The notes beneath the pieces were generated by a model. That model was not told the DNA's origin. It saw nothing but the letters and a program-made list of their open reading frames with translations, and made no database searches. Of a DNA stretch of 64,000 nt, positions 9,919-19,359 are shown piece after piece. Made by a program: the position numbers and the translations under genes. This DNA comes from Lachnospiraceae bacterium (GTDB taxonomy: Bacteria > Bacillota > Clostridia > Lachnospirales > Lachnospiraceae), in assembly GCA_015057615.1 (NCBI GenBank), contig SVEA01000031.1, forward strand, positions 11,432 to 75,431. The letters are read 5' to 3'. How positions within the stretch are numbered: position 1 is the stretch's first letter; every line of letters starts with the position of its first letter.

Positions 9919-10140
9919 GAGTGCCAAAAACTATCCTAGCAAATCGGCTTCGTCAATTTGCATAAACCAATGGAATATTTAAGTAATAGGAAATAATATT
10001 TTAATTTGCAACTGTTTGAAGTCGTTGGTACTTAGACCCACGTATTTTGTGGTCTTATGTACCATTACGTACTTCAATCCAAGTATTGCGTTTTTTGCAA
10101 TGCTTGGCGAAACTGTGTGTTGCGAATGAAATTTGTTTTA
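9919..10140 (-). mobile_element. Family B non-autonomous repeat (right end plus core), MITE-like
   Basis: Begins GAGTGCCAAAAAC; 10010-10140 is the reverse complement of 41735-41870 and partly 39615-39708. Confidence 0.7.
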
Positions 10141-10400
10141 TGTGAATTGGAATCTTCCTGAGAACTGCAATTTGACTGCTTTCTATGTTTTTATATTACC
10201 AGCAAATGGGCTACTGAATTCGTCTTGAATGAATATCTGCGATATATTATAATAATTGAACCGGTATGAGTGCTATAGATCCTATCGATTATGTACCATA
10301 ATAAGATCGTATCTATCAGCTTGGCTAAGATCGGCTGACATGGCAAAATACCGAGGTTTTGCAATTGCCGATACATAAAGAATAGGAAAGAGGATTTCGA

Positions 10401-11234
10401 TTGATAATACATAATGAAAATTTTAATATAGAACAGATTGCCGATTCCGGGCAATGCTTTCGGATGAATAAAATCGGGCAGGATAAATTCAGTGTGATTG
10501 CTTACGGCAGATATTTGGAACTGACGCAGATCGATGAGGAAACGGTAGATTTTGGCTGTGAGGAAGAGGAATTTCATAAGATTTGGGAGAAATATTTTGA
10601 TCTGACCTATGATTACAAGGAAATCGTTGATCATTTACTTGGCGGGGAAGATGATTTTTTAAAAAAGGCAGCGGAATATGGCAGAGGAATTCGAATATTA
10701 AAGCAGGAGCCTTTTGAGGCATTAATCAGCTTTATTATTTCACAAAATAAAAATATTCCGGCAATCAAAACCTGCATTGAGGCGATTTGCAAAAAATATG
10801 GTGAAAAAAAGATGGGCGGTGAATGCGGATCGGTGGAATATTACACCTTTCCAGGACCGGAGATACTTGCTAAAGCGAGTAAGGAGGATTTACGAGAACT
10901 TAAGACCGGTTATCGGGACGATTATATTATCAGCGCGGCAAAAGCGGTATTTTATGGAGAGTTAGATCTAAAGAATCTGACAGAAGGCACCCAGGAAGAA
11001 GCGGTAAAGGCTCTTCTCGAAATCCATGGGGTCGGAAATAAGGTGGCAAATTGCGTGTCCCTCTATGGACTCCATCATATAGAAGCATTTCCGATAGATG
11101 TATGGATCAAAAAGGTATTAAAAGAAATTTACAATGATAATTTTGCTTTAGAACGATACCAAGGGTACGCAGGAATTGTACAGCAATATATGTTTTATTA
11201 TATGCGCCATCTACAAGGAGCCGTCGTAGAATAG
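10401..11234 (+). CDS. ogg: 8-oxoguanine DNA glycosylase (Ogg, HhH-GPD)
   Basis: SGQCFR N-terminus, RILKQEPFE, HhH IHGVGNKVANC and FPIDVW. Confidence 0.88.
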   Translation: MIIHNENFNIEQIADSGQCFRMNKIGQDKFSVIAYGRYLELTQIDEETVDFGCEEEEFHKIWEKYFDLTYDYKEIVDHLLGGEDDFLKKAAEYGRGIRILKQEPFEALISFIISQNKNIPAIKTCIEAICKKYGEKKMGGECGSVEYYTFPGPEILAKASKEDLRELKTGYRDDYIISAAKAVFYGELDLKNLTEGTQEEAVKALLEIHGVGNKVANCVSLYGLHHIEAFPIDVWIKKVLKEIYNDNFALERYQGYAGIVQQYMFYYMRHLQGAVVE

Positions 11235-11330
11235 CAATACTTTTCAGAATAACGAGAGGCGGTTGCGGAAAAACTAAATTACGATAAGGAAATTTTTTAT
11301 CGGAGTGATGGACTGGAAAGGTGGAAGAGC

Positions 11331-11723
11331 ATGTATCGTGGAAATGGTGAAAATAACAAAAATAACGAGCAAATTCAAGGGTTTGAAAATGAACGGAGAA
11401 TGGATCATTTTCGAAATATAGTTGAAAAACAAACCCGTACGGAACGACATCTTGAGGAATACGGTGATATTCCAAGATCCCAGGAGAATCTAGAGCATGT
11501 ACAGAAGCTGCAGCAGAAGCGGGAAAATGAGATTCAAAACCTGAAGGAGCTTATTGTTCATGGGGAACGGGATAGCAAAAATCAATTGGAAAATACCGAG
11601 AAACGTTTCCTCTATACGGAAGGGTATCTAAATCATAATGCGGATTATATGGATCAGGAAACCTTTCAGAACACGAAAGAGAAGCAGGAGCGCCGTAAAG
11701 AGCAAATCGATGATCTAAGCTGA
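11331..11723 (+). CDS. Hypothetical charged helical protein, possibly tandem Tlp-like (small spore protein)
   Basis: 130 aa, E/Q/K/N-rich; C-terminal KEKQERRKEQIDDL resembles Tlp NERR motif; RBS AAAGGTGG. Confidence 0.55.
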   Translation: MYRGNGENNKNNEQIQGFENERRMDHFRNIVEKQTRTERHLEEYGDIPRSQENLEHVQKLQQKRENEIQNLKELIVHGERDSKNQLENTEKRFLYTEGYLNHNADYMDQETFQNTKEKQERRKEQIDDLS

Positions 11724-11765
11724 ATAATGGTGGAGTGCATAAGTCCGGGTTGTTGCATTTGTTTT

Positions 11766-11934
11766 GCAGCAGCCCTATATTTTCGTATAGGAAATTGCAT
11801 CCTATACGAAAATAAACGCTCCGTTAAGGGTGCGCACTCACGCGTAAGGTATTTATTTACCTGCGGAAGAACGCGCTCGGCGCGAGAGTTTACCGAGGCA
11901 AACTCTTTGCTACTTGCATATTTGATCGTTAATC
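11766..11934 (+). repeat. Family C stacked-hairpin repeat
   Basis: TTTCGTATAGGAAATTGCATCCTATACGAAA ... GAACGCGCTCGGCGCGAGAGTTTACCGAGGCAAACTCTTTGCTACTT; reverse-complement homologue at 50482-50695. Confidence 0.8.
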
Positions 11935-11980
11935 TGGAAAAATAAATTTATTAGGGATGATGAAAGAGGAGGTTTCCATT

Positions 11981-12715
11981 ATGACAGATATGAAAGGGAA
12001 GTGGGCTTTCATTACCGGTGCCAGCAGGGGAATCGGTTATCAGATCGCCATCTTTATGGCTAAGCGGGGCTGTAACCTTGTACTTCACAGCCGAAGTCTG
12101 GCACATACGGAGAAGGTGCTGGATGAAGTGAAAAAGTTAGGAGTTCAGGCATATGCGGTTCAGGCGGAGCTTTCTGACCGAAATGCAATCAATCGTATGC
12201 TGGATGAGATAGAAGAGCAGGGAATCCAAATTGATATCCTCTTTAATAATGCAGGCGTACAGGTTGCATATCGTAAGGATTATATTAAGACACCGGTGGA
12301 GGATTTCACACAGAGCTTTATGATCAATACGATAGCACCAGCTATGATCTGCTATCGGCTGCTTCCAAGGATGATTGAGAAAGGCTTTGGCCGTATCATT
12401 AACACGACCAGCGGAATTCAAAAGGAACCAGAGCAGGCAGGATATTCCGCAAGCAAAGCTGCTCTTGATAAATTTACAAAGGATCTCGGTTCCAGACTGG
12501 AGGGGACAGATGTCATGATAAATCTATCGGATCCCGGCTGGTGCAGAACGGATCTGGGCGGACCGCATGCTCCGAATTCCATCGAAAGCTGTATTCCAGG
12601 CAGCGTGGTCGGGGCTTTCGCGGATGATAGGAGAAGCGGCAGGTTATTAAGTGCGCAGGCGTTTGCAGGGATGACGCTGGAGGATGCGGTAAAGAAAGCC
12701 TATACCATGGAGTAA
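11981..12715 (+). CDS. Short-chain dehydrogenase/reductase (SDR)
   Basis: TGASRGIG, NNAG, YSASK motifs; ATG 11981 after GAGGAGG. Confidence 0.9.
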   Translation: MTDMKGKWAFITGASRGIGYQIAIFMAKRGCNLVLHSRSLAHTEKVLDEVKKLGVQAYAVQAELSDRNAINRMLDEIEEQGIQIDILFNNAGVQVAYRKDYIKTPVEDFTQSFMINTIAPAMICYRLLPRMIEKGFGRIINTTSGIQKEPEQAGYSASKAALDKFTKDLGSRLEGTDVMINLSDPGWCRTDLGGPHAPNSIESCIPGSVVGAFADDRRSGRLLSAQAFAGMTLEDAVKKAYTME

Positions 12716-12720
12716 ATATA

Positions 12721-13191
12721 TCAGTACCCCTCTCTACGGCGTTCCTCCCGCAGGGCACGGCGCCTGGCCCCTGCCTCCCATTCTGCTTTTTCGGACTCTG
12801 TTTCAACAATCAATCGAGGTACTTCGGCAGGCTTCCCGTTTTTATCAAGAGCAACCAGTACCAGGTAGGCGCGGTTTACTACCTTACGCATTCCGGCCAA
12901 ATCTTCTACGTAGGTATCCACTCGGACTTCCATGGAGGTTTTTCCTACATAGGTTATTTTTCCGATCAGTACCAATGTATTATTAATAAAAGCACCTGCT
13001 TTAAACTGAAGATTATCGATTGCTGCCGTAGTAACATTGCAGCCAGAATGGCGGCGGGCAACAACCGATGCCACAACGTCGATCCATTCCACCAGCTGTC
13101 CGCCGAAGAGCCGGTCCTGTCCGTTGATATGGATCGGCATAATAACTTGGATCTGTTCGGTAATAGAATCTTTCACGCGCTTTGCTTCCAT
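12721..13191 (-). CDS. Acyl-CoA thioesterase (hotdog fold)
   Basis: HINGQDRLFGGQLVEWIDVVA, VGKTSMEVRV. Confidence 0.9.
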   Translation of the reverse strand: MEAKRVKDSITEQIQVIMPIHINGQDRLFGGQLVEWIDVVASVVARRHSGCNVTTAAIDNLQFKAGAFINNTLVLIGKITYVGKTSMEVRVDTYVEDLAGMRKVVNRAYLVLVALDKNGKPAEVPRLIVETESEKAEWEAGARRRALREERRREGY

Positions 13192-13311
13192 AAAGGCTTC
13201 CTTTCGTAATAGATCATATATAGATCATTGTATAGTATTTCACAAATATAGCTCTATTTTATACGCATCAACGAGAATTGGCAAGGAATTGCAGTAAAGA
13301 AATTCGGTCAG

Positions 13312-13516
13312 GTTACTGTTCCCACCCACCATGTATACCATGTTATGATTTCGTCAAATGTATCCGAATCGGAGACGCTTTCGCTTAAGATTTATTACGT
13401 AGCGGTACATAAGACCCCAAAATACGGAGCCAAAGTACCAACGAATGCAAATACTCCTGATCGGATATCATTTGCCGAAATCATAGGATAGACTTTGCCC
13501 ATGTGTGAACAGTAAC
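13312..13516 (-). mobile_element. Family A MITE, full-length 205 bp
   Basis: TIR GTTACTGTTC(C/A)C at both ends; flanks TCGGTCAG / TCGGTGGG (6/8, degenerate TSD); homologous to 24564-24735 and 47624-47828. Confidence 0.8.
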
Positions 13517-13602
13517 TCGGTGGGAAATTGTATCTGGAATACGATTTGGCTCCAGCTTACAAAATTTGTATAATTTTTTGTACAAATTTATCCGAAAGTA
13601 AA

Positions 13603-13630
13603 TTGACGCATTCCATTTTTATGGTATAAT
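13603..13630 (+). promoter_or_regulatory. Sigma-A promoter of fba
   Basis: TTGACG-16-TATAAT with TG extension. Confidence 0.7.
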
Positions 13631-13686
13631 GAAAAAGAATTGAAATATATTTGTAAAATTTTATATATGGAAAGGATGATCTGAAG

Positions 13687-14628
13687 ATGGCATTAGTGAC
13701 AACGAAAGAAATGTTCCAGAAAGCATATGCTGGTGGTTATGCGATCGGAGCATTTAATGTTAACAATATGGAAATCGTTCAAGGTATTATGGAAGCGGCA
13801 GGAGAGGAGAAGGCTCCTGTAATATTACAGGTATCTGCCGGAGCAAGAAAATATGCAAAGCATGCATATCTTGTTAATTTAGTTAAGGCAGCTTTAGAGT
13901 ATTCAGATATTCCGGTTGCTCTTCACTTGGATCATGGTGCAGACTTCGAAATCTGCAAGGCATGTATTGATGGCGGATTTACCTCCGTTATGATTGACGG
14001 TTCCCATCATAGCTTTGACGAGAACATAGCATTAACAAAGAAAGTTGTAGAATACGCACATGCACATGGCGTTGTTGTGGAAGGCGAACTTGGCAGATTG
14101 GCAGGAATTGAGGATGATGTAAAGGTTTCCTCAGTAGATGCTTCCTACACAAGACCGGATGAAGTAGAGGAATTCGTTAACCGTACCGGTGTTGATTCCT
14201 TAGCAATTGCAATCGGAACAAGCCACGGAGCATACAAATTTAAACCAGGTCAGAAACCGCAGCTTCGTTTCGACATTCTGGAAGAAGTAGAGAAGAGACT
14301 TCCGAACTTCCCGATCGTATTACATGGAGCTTCCTCCGTATCTCAGGAATTTGTTAAGATCATCAACGAAAATGGCGGTAAATTAGACGATGCCATCGGT
14401 ATTCCGGAAGATATGTTAAGACAGGCAGCAAAATTGGCAGTATGTAAGATCAATATTGACTCCGACTTAAGACTTGCATTTACTGCAGGAATTAGAAAAT
14501 ACATGAATGAGAATCCGGGTCATTTTGATCCCAGACAGTATCTGACACCTGCAAGAGATAACATCAAGACTTTGGTAAGACATAAGATTGTAAATGTTCT
14601 TGGATGTGCAGGCGCTGCTGAGAAATAA
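13687..14628 (+). CDS. fba: Fructose-1,6-bisphosphate aldolase class II
   Basis: ALHLDHG, GTSHGAYK, VLHGASS, KINIDSD motifs. Confidence 0.96.
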   Translation: MALVTTKEMFQKAYAGGYAIGAFNVNNMEIVQGIMEAAGEEKAPVILQVSAGARKYAKHAYLVNLVKAALEYSDIPVALHLDHGADFEICKACIDGGFTSVMIDGSHHSFDENIALTKKVVEYAHAHGVVVEGELGRLAGIEDDVKVSSVDASYTRPDEVEEFVNRTGVDSLAIAIGTSHGAYKFKPGQKPQLRFDILEEVEKRLPNFPIVLHGASSVSQEFVKIINENGGKLDDAIGIPEDMLRQAAKLAVCKINIDSDLRLAFTAGIRKYMNENPGHFDPRQYLTPARDNIKTLVRHKIVNVLGCAGAAEK

Positions 14629-14724
14629 AAATACAACGATTTATCGTTAATAAAAGTATCCTTTTGTGGATAAATAGTTTGAAAAAAAGGATTGCTGTGG
14701 AGAAGTATCTCACCGGCAATCTTT

Positions 14725-14758
14725 TTTGTCGTATAGGATTTGTATCCTATACGACAAA
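14725..14758. terminator. Bidirectional hairpin matching the family C terminal hairpin
   Basis: TTTGTCGTATAGGAT-ttgt-ATCCTATACGACAAA between convergent fba and GGDEF/EAL genes. Confidence 0.7.
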
Positions 14759-14767
14759 CTTTCTGTT

Positions 14768-17230
14768 TCATGTGGTTTCCTGTATGATATCAACGAGTGC
14801 TGGGGGATGGAGCGGAGCACTGAAGATAAAGCCTTGAATCATATCACATTTTTGCATCTTAAGAAGCAAAAGCTGGTTTCCGTCCTCGACGCCCTCTGCA
14901 ACTACCTGGATATTTAGATTGTGCGCCAGGTTGATGATGGTTTCTGCAATATGGGAATCCTTATCGTTAAAGCAAATGTTATCAATAAAGGATTTATCGA
15001 TCTTTAGCGTGTTGATTGGTAGCTTTGTTAAATAGTTCAAAGAGGAATACCCGGTGCCGAAATCGTCCAGGGAGATCTTTACTCCCAGGTGTTGAAGTGC
15101 GGTCAATAATTCCATCGCATCGGTAATCGAAGATACCAGAGTGGTTTCGGTTATTTCCAGCTCCAGATACTGCGGCGGAAGTCCAGTCTCTGCGAGGATA
15201 TCGGAGAGTACCGTTACAAAATTCGGCTGGTTTAATTGGACGGAGGATATATTGACCGATAGGGTACAGGGACCGATTCCCTGGTCAAGTAAGCCCTTGT
15301 TAAAGCTGCATGCCTCCCATAGCAGCCAACCGCTTAGCTCGATGATTAATCCCGTTTCTTCGGCAATCGGTATAAATTCGGAGGGAGACAGGCTGCCAAG
15401 ACGCTCGCTTTTAATTCTCATCAAAGCCTCATAGCCGATGACTTCGTTCTTTTGTAGATTTAGTAAGGGCTGATACTGGATATAGATTTCGTTATTATCA
15501 ATTGCATTACGCAGTATATCAATAATTAAGGTATTTCGATTCAGCTCCTCCTCCATTTTCGAATTGAAAAGAGTATATTTGTTCTTCCCGGTGTCCTTGG
15601 ATTTGTACATGGCGATATCGGCATTTTTAATCAAGGTGTTGGAAGTGATACCATTGTCCGGATAGATGGCGATTCCAATGCTCATTGAGACATAGACGAT
15701 TTCACCGTTAAGGGCAAGGGGATTGGAGAAAAAATTAATAATCTGGGAAGCGAAAGCCTCCGCCTTTTCCCTGGACATGACATTTTCGATAAAGATCAGA
15801 AACTCATCTCCACCGGCTCTTGCAAGCATTCCCCGGTCACCTAGGAAAGAGGACAGCTTTTGCGAGGTCATAACAAGCAAAGCATCGCCGTATTCATGTC
15901 CCATGGTATCGTTTACCGTCTTAAAGTTATCCAGGTCAACAAAATAAACAGCATGGTTCTGCCGGCTAAGTGTATCAGAAGTAAGGATGGCATTCACATA
16001 ATCCAAGAAGGCAAGCTTATTCGGTAAGCCAGTCAGGATATCGTGGTAAGCCAGAAATTCGATATGATCATAATTGGAACGAAGCTGTTCCTCATTGGAT
16101 AACAATTCCTCATGCATCGAGGAGAGATCCTCATAATTTGTTCGGATGATATGCAGCATTTTGTTAAAATTCTTCGATAATTCTCCCAGCTCATTCTTGC
16201 TTTTTATATTTGATTGAACCGTCAGGTTACCGTCTGCGGCTATCCGCATGGCATCCCGCAGCTCGATAATCGGTTCCGTTAATCTCTTAGCAAGAAAATT
16301 GGCGATAAAGATAAACAATATCAAAAGTATGGTACAGATAAGAAAAAGCAGACCCAGCATGATTTCGGTAATGGAGCGAATCTCGGGCAGGTCCTGTTTG
16401 ACCAGTAAAACCCAGTTAAGCTGTGGGATAATGCTGTAACCATACGCCTGATCGATACCATCGAGAGTATGCTCAAAGTAACCGTTTGCCTTCATCAGGC
16501 GCTTCCTATAATTATTTACCAGGCCGGATAACATTTCCGAAGAAAGGCTTGTCCCGATTAAGGAAGTGTCCCGGTGATAGAGGATGGTTCCGTTCTCATC
16601 GAGTAATATGCCAAAGCCGGTATTCCCAATGGATATGGTACCAATGAAATCCTCAAAATAGGAGATGTTAAGAGTGCTGACAATGTAACCAATGTTTTTT
16701 TGCTCCGTTAGGCTGTAGATTGGTGTACCGATATCAAAGGTATAGGCGGTTGTATCGTCCTCTGCGGAAGAGGTTACGCCGCCGACACCGATGGCGTCTT
16801 CTCCGGTGGTGATCATATAGAGCAGGGTAAGATTATCGTCTGCCTTATTGCCGATAAGAGAGTAATCGGTACAGGCAATCAATTCTTTACGGGAATTGTA
16901 TACGGAGATCCTTTGACAGGAAGGATAACGTTTCTTTCGATCCTGCAGTAACAGATATACGGGGTTGGGTGAAATGGTATCCTGATTCGTGCTTTGCTTT
17001 GCCAGCTGCAAAATATCATCTTGCAGCGCCAATAAAGAAACCTCGGTTATCTGGGTTTCCAGCATTGCTTCCAAGCCGGCTTTATTCGTTTCAGCAATTT
17101 TTTGCAGGTTCTGTGTTTGTATGGTGATTAACCGCTTGTTCAGCAGACCGTGAACAAGTAAGGAAATGAAGATAAGCGGAATCATCGATGAAAGTATCAA
17201 TAGAATTCTTAAAGATCTCTTTATAGACAT
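14768..17230 (-). CDS. Membrane sensor diguanylate cyclase/phosphodiesterase (Cache-HAMP-GGDEF-EAL)
   Basis: Two TM segments flanking a Cache-like domain, HAMP, GGDEF (ARAGGDEF), YEALMR, DDFGTGYSSL; likely start MSIKRSL. Confidence 0.92.
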   Translation of the reverse strand: MSIKRSLRILLILSSMIPLIFISLLVHGLLNKRLITIQTQNLQKIAETNKAGLEAMLETQITEVSLLALQDDILQLAKQSTNQDTISPNPVYLLLQDRKKRYPSCQRISVYNSRKELIACTDYSLIGNKADDNLTLLYMITTGEDAIGVGGVTSSAEDDTTAYTFDIGTPIYSLTEQKNIGYIVSTLNISYFEDFIGTISIGNTGFGILLDENGTILYHRDTSLIGTSLSSEMLSGLVNNYRKRLMKANGYFEHTLDGIDQAYGYSIIPQLNWVLLVKQDLPEIRSITEIMLGLLFLICTILLILFIFIANFLAKRLTEPIIELRDAMRIAADGNLTVQSNIKSKNELGELSKNFNKMLHIIRTNYEDLSSMHEELLSNEEQLRSNYDHIEFLAYHDILTGLPNKLAFLDYVNAILTSDTLSRQNHAVYFVDLDNFKTVNDTMGHEYGDALLVMTSQKLSSFLGDRGMLARAGGDEFLIFIENVMSREKAEAFASQIINFFSNPLALNGEIVYVSMSIGIAIYPDNGITSNTLIKNADIAMYKSKDTGKNKYTLFNSKMEEELNRNTLIIDILRNAIDNNEIYIQYQPLLNLQKNEVIGYEALMRIKSERLGSLSPSEFIPIAEETGLIIELSGWLLWEACSFNKGLLDQGIGPCTLSVNISSVQLNQPNFVTVLSDILAETGLPPQYLELEITETTLVSSITDAMELLTALQHLGVKISLDDFGTGYSSLNYLTKLPINTLKIDKSFIDNICFNDKDSHIAETIINLAHNLNIQVVAEGVEDGNQLLLLKMQKCDMIQGFIFSAPLHPPALVDIIQETT

Positions 17231-17480
17231 AAGACTACCCCTCCCCCGTTTATAGTCATACATTTACTTTATTCTACCAATTATACCTAAATATTTCAAT
17301 CTATTTTAAAATTTATCCTCATGAAAAACACGATTAAAACGAGGTGGATAAGAAATAGAAGTGCTAATAAGATAAGGCATTTATCACATGAATATCCCAG
17401 ACAAAAGTTTACCTAGCTTATGTTGTGTGGTTATCATAATTGGTTACAAAAGTATGTTATTTATATAATCGGAATGGGGA

Positions 17481-17510
17481 TTGATCGACAAGGATCATTT
17501 GTGCTATAAT
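17481..17510 (+). promoter_or_regulatory. Extended -10 promoter of the three-gene island
   Basis: TTGATC-18-TATAAT with TGc immediately upstream of -10. Confidence 0.65.
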
Positions 17511-17548
17511 AAATTGTATAAGTATGTAATAGAATGGGAGGGAATTTA

Positions 17549-18403
17549 GTGGAAACAAATAATTTGGTTTTAAATAGATTCTTTACCCAAAATGTTTTTC
17601 AAGAGCTTATTAATAACAATGAAAATACTACATATGGGACAATAGTTCGACGATATGCCTCGGATGCTAATGGAAAAAATAATGGTGAAATTATTAGTAA
17701 AATATATAACTTTATGTCAAAGTCTTACCGTAATGAGTATTTTTTTCAAAATACCCTACTTAATAAGCTGCTTTTGGGTAGACATAGTGTTAATACAACA
17801 ACCGCATTAACGCAGATACCAATAGGAAAATCGAAGGCTGATTTTATTCTTATTAATGGAAAAGCGGTTGTATATGAAATTAAATCGGAACTCGACAGCT
17901 TTGAAAGGCTTAATACACAGCTTAGAGATTACTATAAAGCGTTTAGTCATGTATGTGTGGTAACATCTGAAAGTAATTTTGATAAGTTATTTAATATTTT
18001 GTATGGTACGCCTGTGGGTATTTGCGTATTAACTAAACGCGATACAATAAGCAAATCATTAAAAAAGGATATGATTGAAGATAATTCAAGGTTAGATTAT
18101 CTATCTATCTTTAAAGTTTTGCATAAAAGTGAGTATGAAAGCATTATCAAACAATACTTCGGGAAATTACCGATAACATCACAAGTGTTTTATTATGACG
18201 AATGCTTTTCTATGTTTTCGCAAATACCAATTTGGGAAGCCTATGCGATGTTTATAGAGCAATTAAAAAAGAGAAACCATATTGTACGAAGTAAAATTGA
18301 AAAAGTTCCTTATGAGTTAAAATCTCTAATATACTTTTCTAGTCCTTCATCACAAGATCTTATTAACTTAGATAACTTTTTAAAAAACAAATTTAGGGGG
18401 TAG
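17549..18403 (+). CDS. sce7726-family protein, PD-(D/E)XK nuclease-like
   Basis: YRNEYFFQN, IGKSKADFILINGKAVVYEIKSELDSFERL (D...ExK); GTG 17549 after GGGAGG (ATG 17534 alternative). Confidence 0.8.
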   Translation: METNNLVLNRFFTQNVFQELINNNENTTYGTIVRRYASDANGKNNGEIISKIYNFMSKSYRNEYFFQNTLLNKLLLGRHSVNTTTALTQIPIGKSKADFILINGKAVVYEIKSELDSFERLNTQLRDYYKAFSHVCVVTSESNFDKLFNILYGTPVGICVLTKRDTISKSLKKDMIEDNSRLDYLSIFKVLHKSEYESIIKQYFGKLPITSQVFYYDECFSMFSQIPIWEAYAMFIEQLKKRNHIVRSKIEKVPYELKSLIYFSSPSSQDLINLDNFLKNKFRG

Positions 18404-18407
18404 TGAT

Positions 18408-19358
18408 GTGTATCTTTCATGTTTTCGAGGTAGACAATACGAGCTATTAGCTTTACGCGAATTAGCAACAAATGATCTTTTAGGGGATTATGTGCTTCCT
18501 GTTATTGAGCCTGTGAAATTATCCCCAACATTGGTAAAAACTATTTCAGAGTATATTCGAGTTAAGCACCAAGTGGCTGTAATTAGGAATCCAATTGTTG
18601 GATCTTTTATGAAAGATTTGAAAGAAGCAAAGATCGAATCGAGAGAAGAAACGTATAAAAAGGAGTTTCAACAGCTTTATAATAATGATATTGTTGTGAA
18701 GTCTATTATTATGCAAAAGAATGCTCCCTCATTGTTAGCACATTGGGGTAAAAATGGCATTCCAAAACAAGATTTGTTGGTAATCAATACAGAACGTGAT
18801 TTTCTTGACTTATTCGAACAAGAATTTGTGGGCATTAATCCTTGTTACGCTCTTATTCCTGAGGAAAGAACATTTCAACGCAGGATTAAGCACAACTGTG
18901 TTATTTTAGAGGATAGATTTAAAAAGCAAAGCCGAAATGTGGATTATCAGGATATAGAGGATGAGTTTTTTTCTGAGGATCATTTATATTATAAAGATTA
19001 TGGACTTAAAGGCTTTGCAGATTATTCTGTTATTGGAAAAAACTATCAGGAAACTGGTTTTGCACCTTATGCAGTAGTTATTCACATTGTTTACTTTGCA
19101 GCGGACAAAACCCTTAGAATAAAGCATTTTGTATCAGACTCAAACGAGGATATTTATAATCCTGCAAAAAAATTTTATCAAGCAGTATCGAAATTGAATA
19201 AATGGTATCGCGCTAATCCTTTTACACCTACGCTTGGTTTGGCAACCTTATTAGAACATTATGAGAATAAAACATATCCTGGACTTGGAAGTATAAAAAA
19301 ACTTTCAATTATGCACCATTTGGAGCTTATGGGAAAATATCTTAGCGAGGGAAAGTAG
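18408..19358 (+). CDS. sce7725-family (Beta-family-like) protein
   Basis: N-terminal FRGRQYELLALREL, LPVIEP, GFADYS, GFAPYAVVIH, HFVSDSN, YPGLGSIKKLSIMHHLEL; 4 bp after upstream stop. Confidence 0.8.
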   Translation: MYLSCFRGRQYELLALRELATNDLLGDYVLPVIEPVKLSPTLVKTISEYIRVKHQVAVIRNPIVGSFMKDLKEAKIESREETYKKEFQQLYNNDIVVKSIIMQKNAPSLLAHWGKNGIPKQDLLVINTERDFLDLFEQEFVGINPCYALIPEERTFQRRIKHNCVILEDRFKKQSRNVDYQDIEDEFFSEDHLYYKDYGLKGFADYSVIGKNYQETGFAPYAVVIHIVYFAADKTLRIKHFVSDSNEDIYNPAKKFYQAVSKLNKWYRANPFTPTLGLATLLEHYENKTYPGLGSIKKLSIMHHLELMGKYLSEGK

Positions 19359-19359
19359 T

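Noticed and set aside
11727-11945. 72-aa ORF (and 50448-50630 on the minus strand)
   Set aside because: Both lie on family C hairpin repeats; the frames are not conserved between copies.
13562-13589. Palindrome upstream of fba as a Rex site
   Set aside because: TTGT...ACAA span is 20 bp, not the 18-bp Rex box; may be an operator but cannot be assigned.
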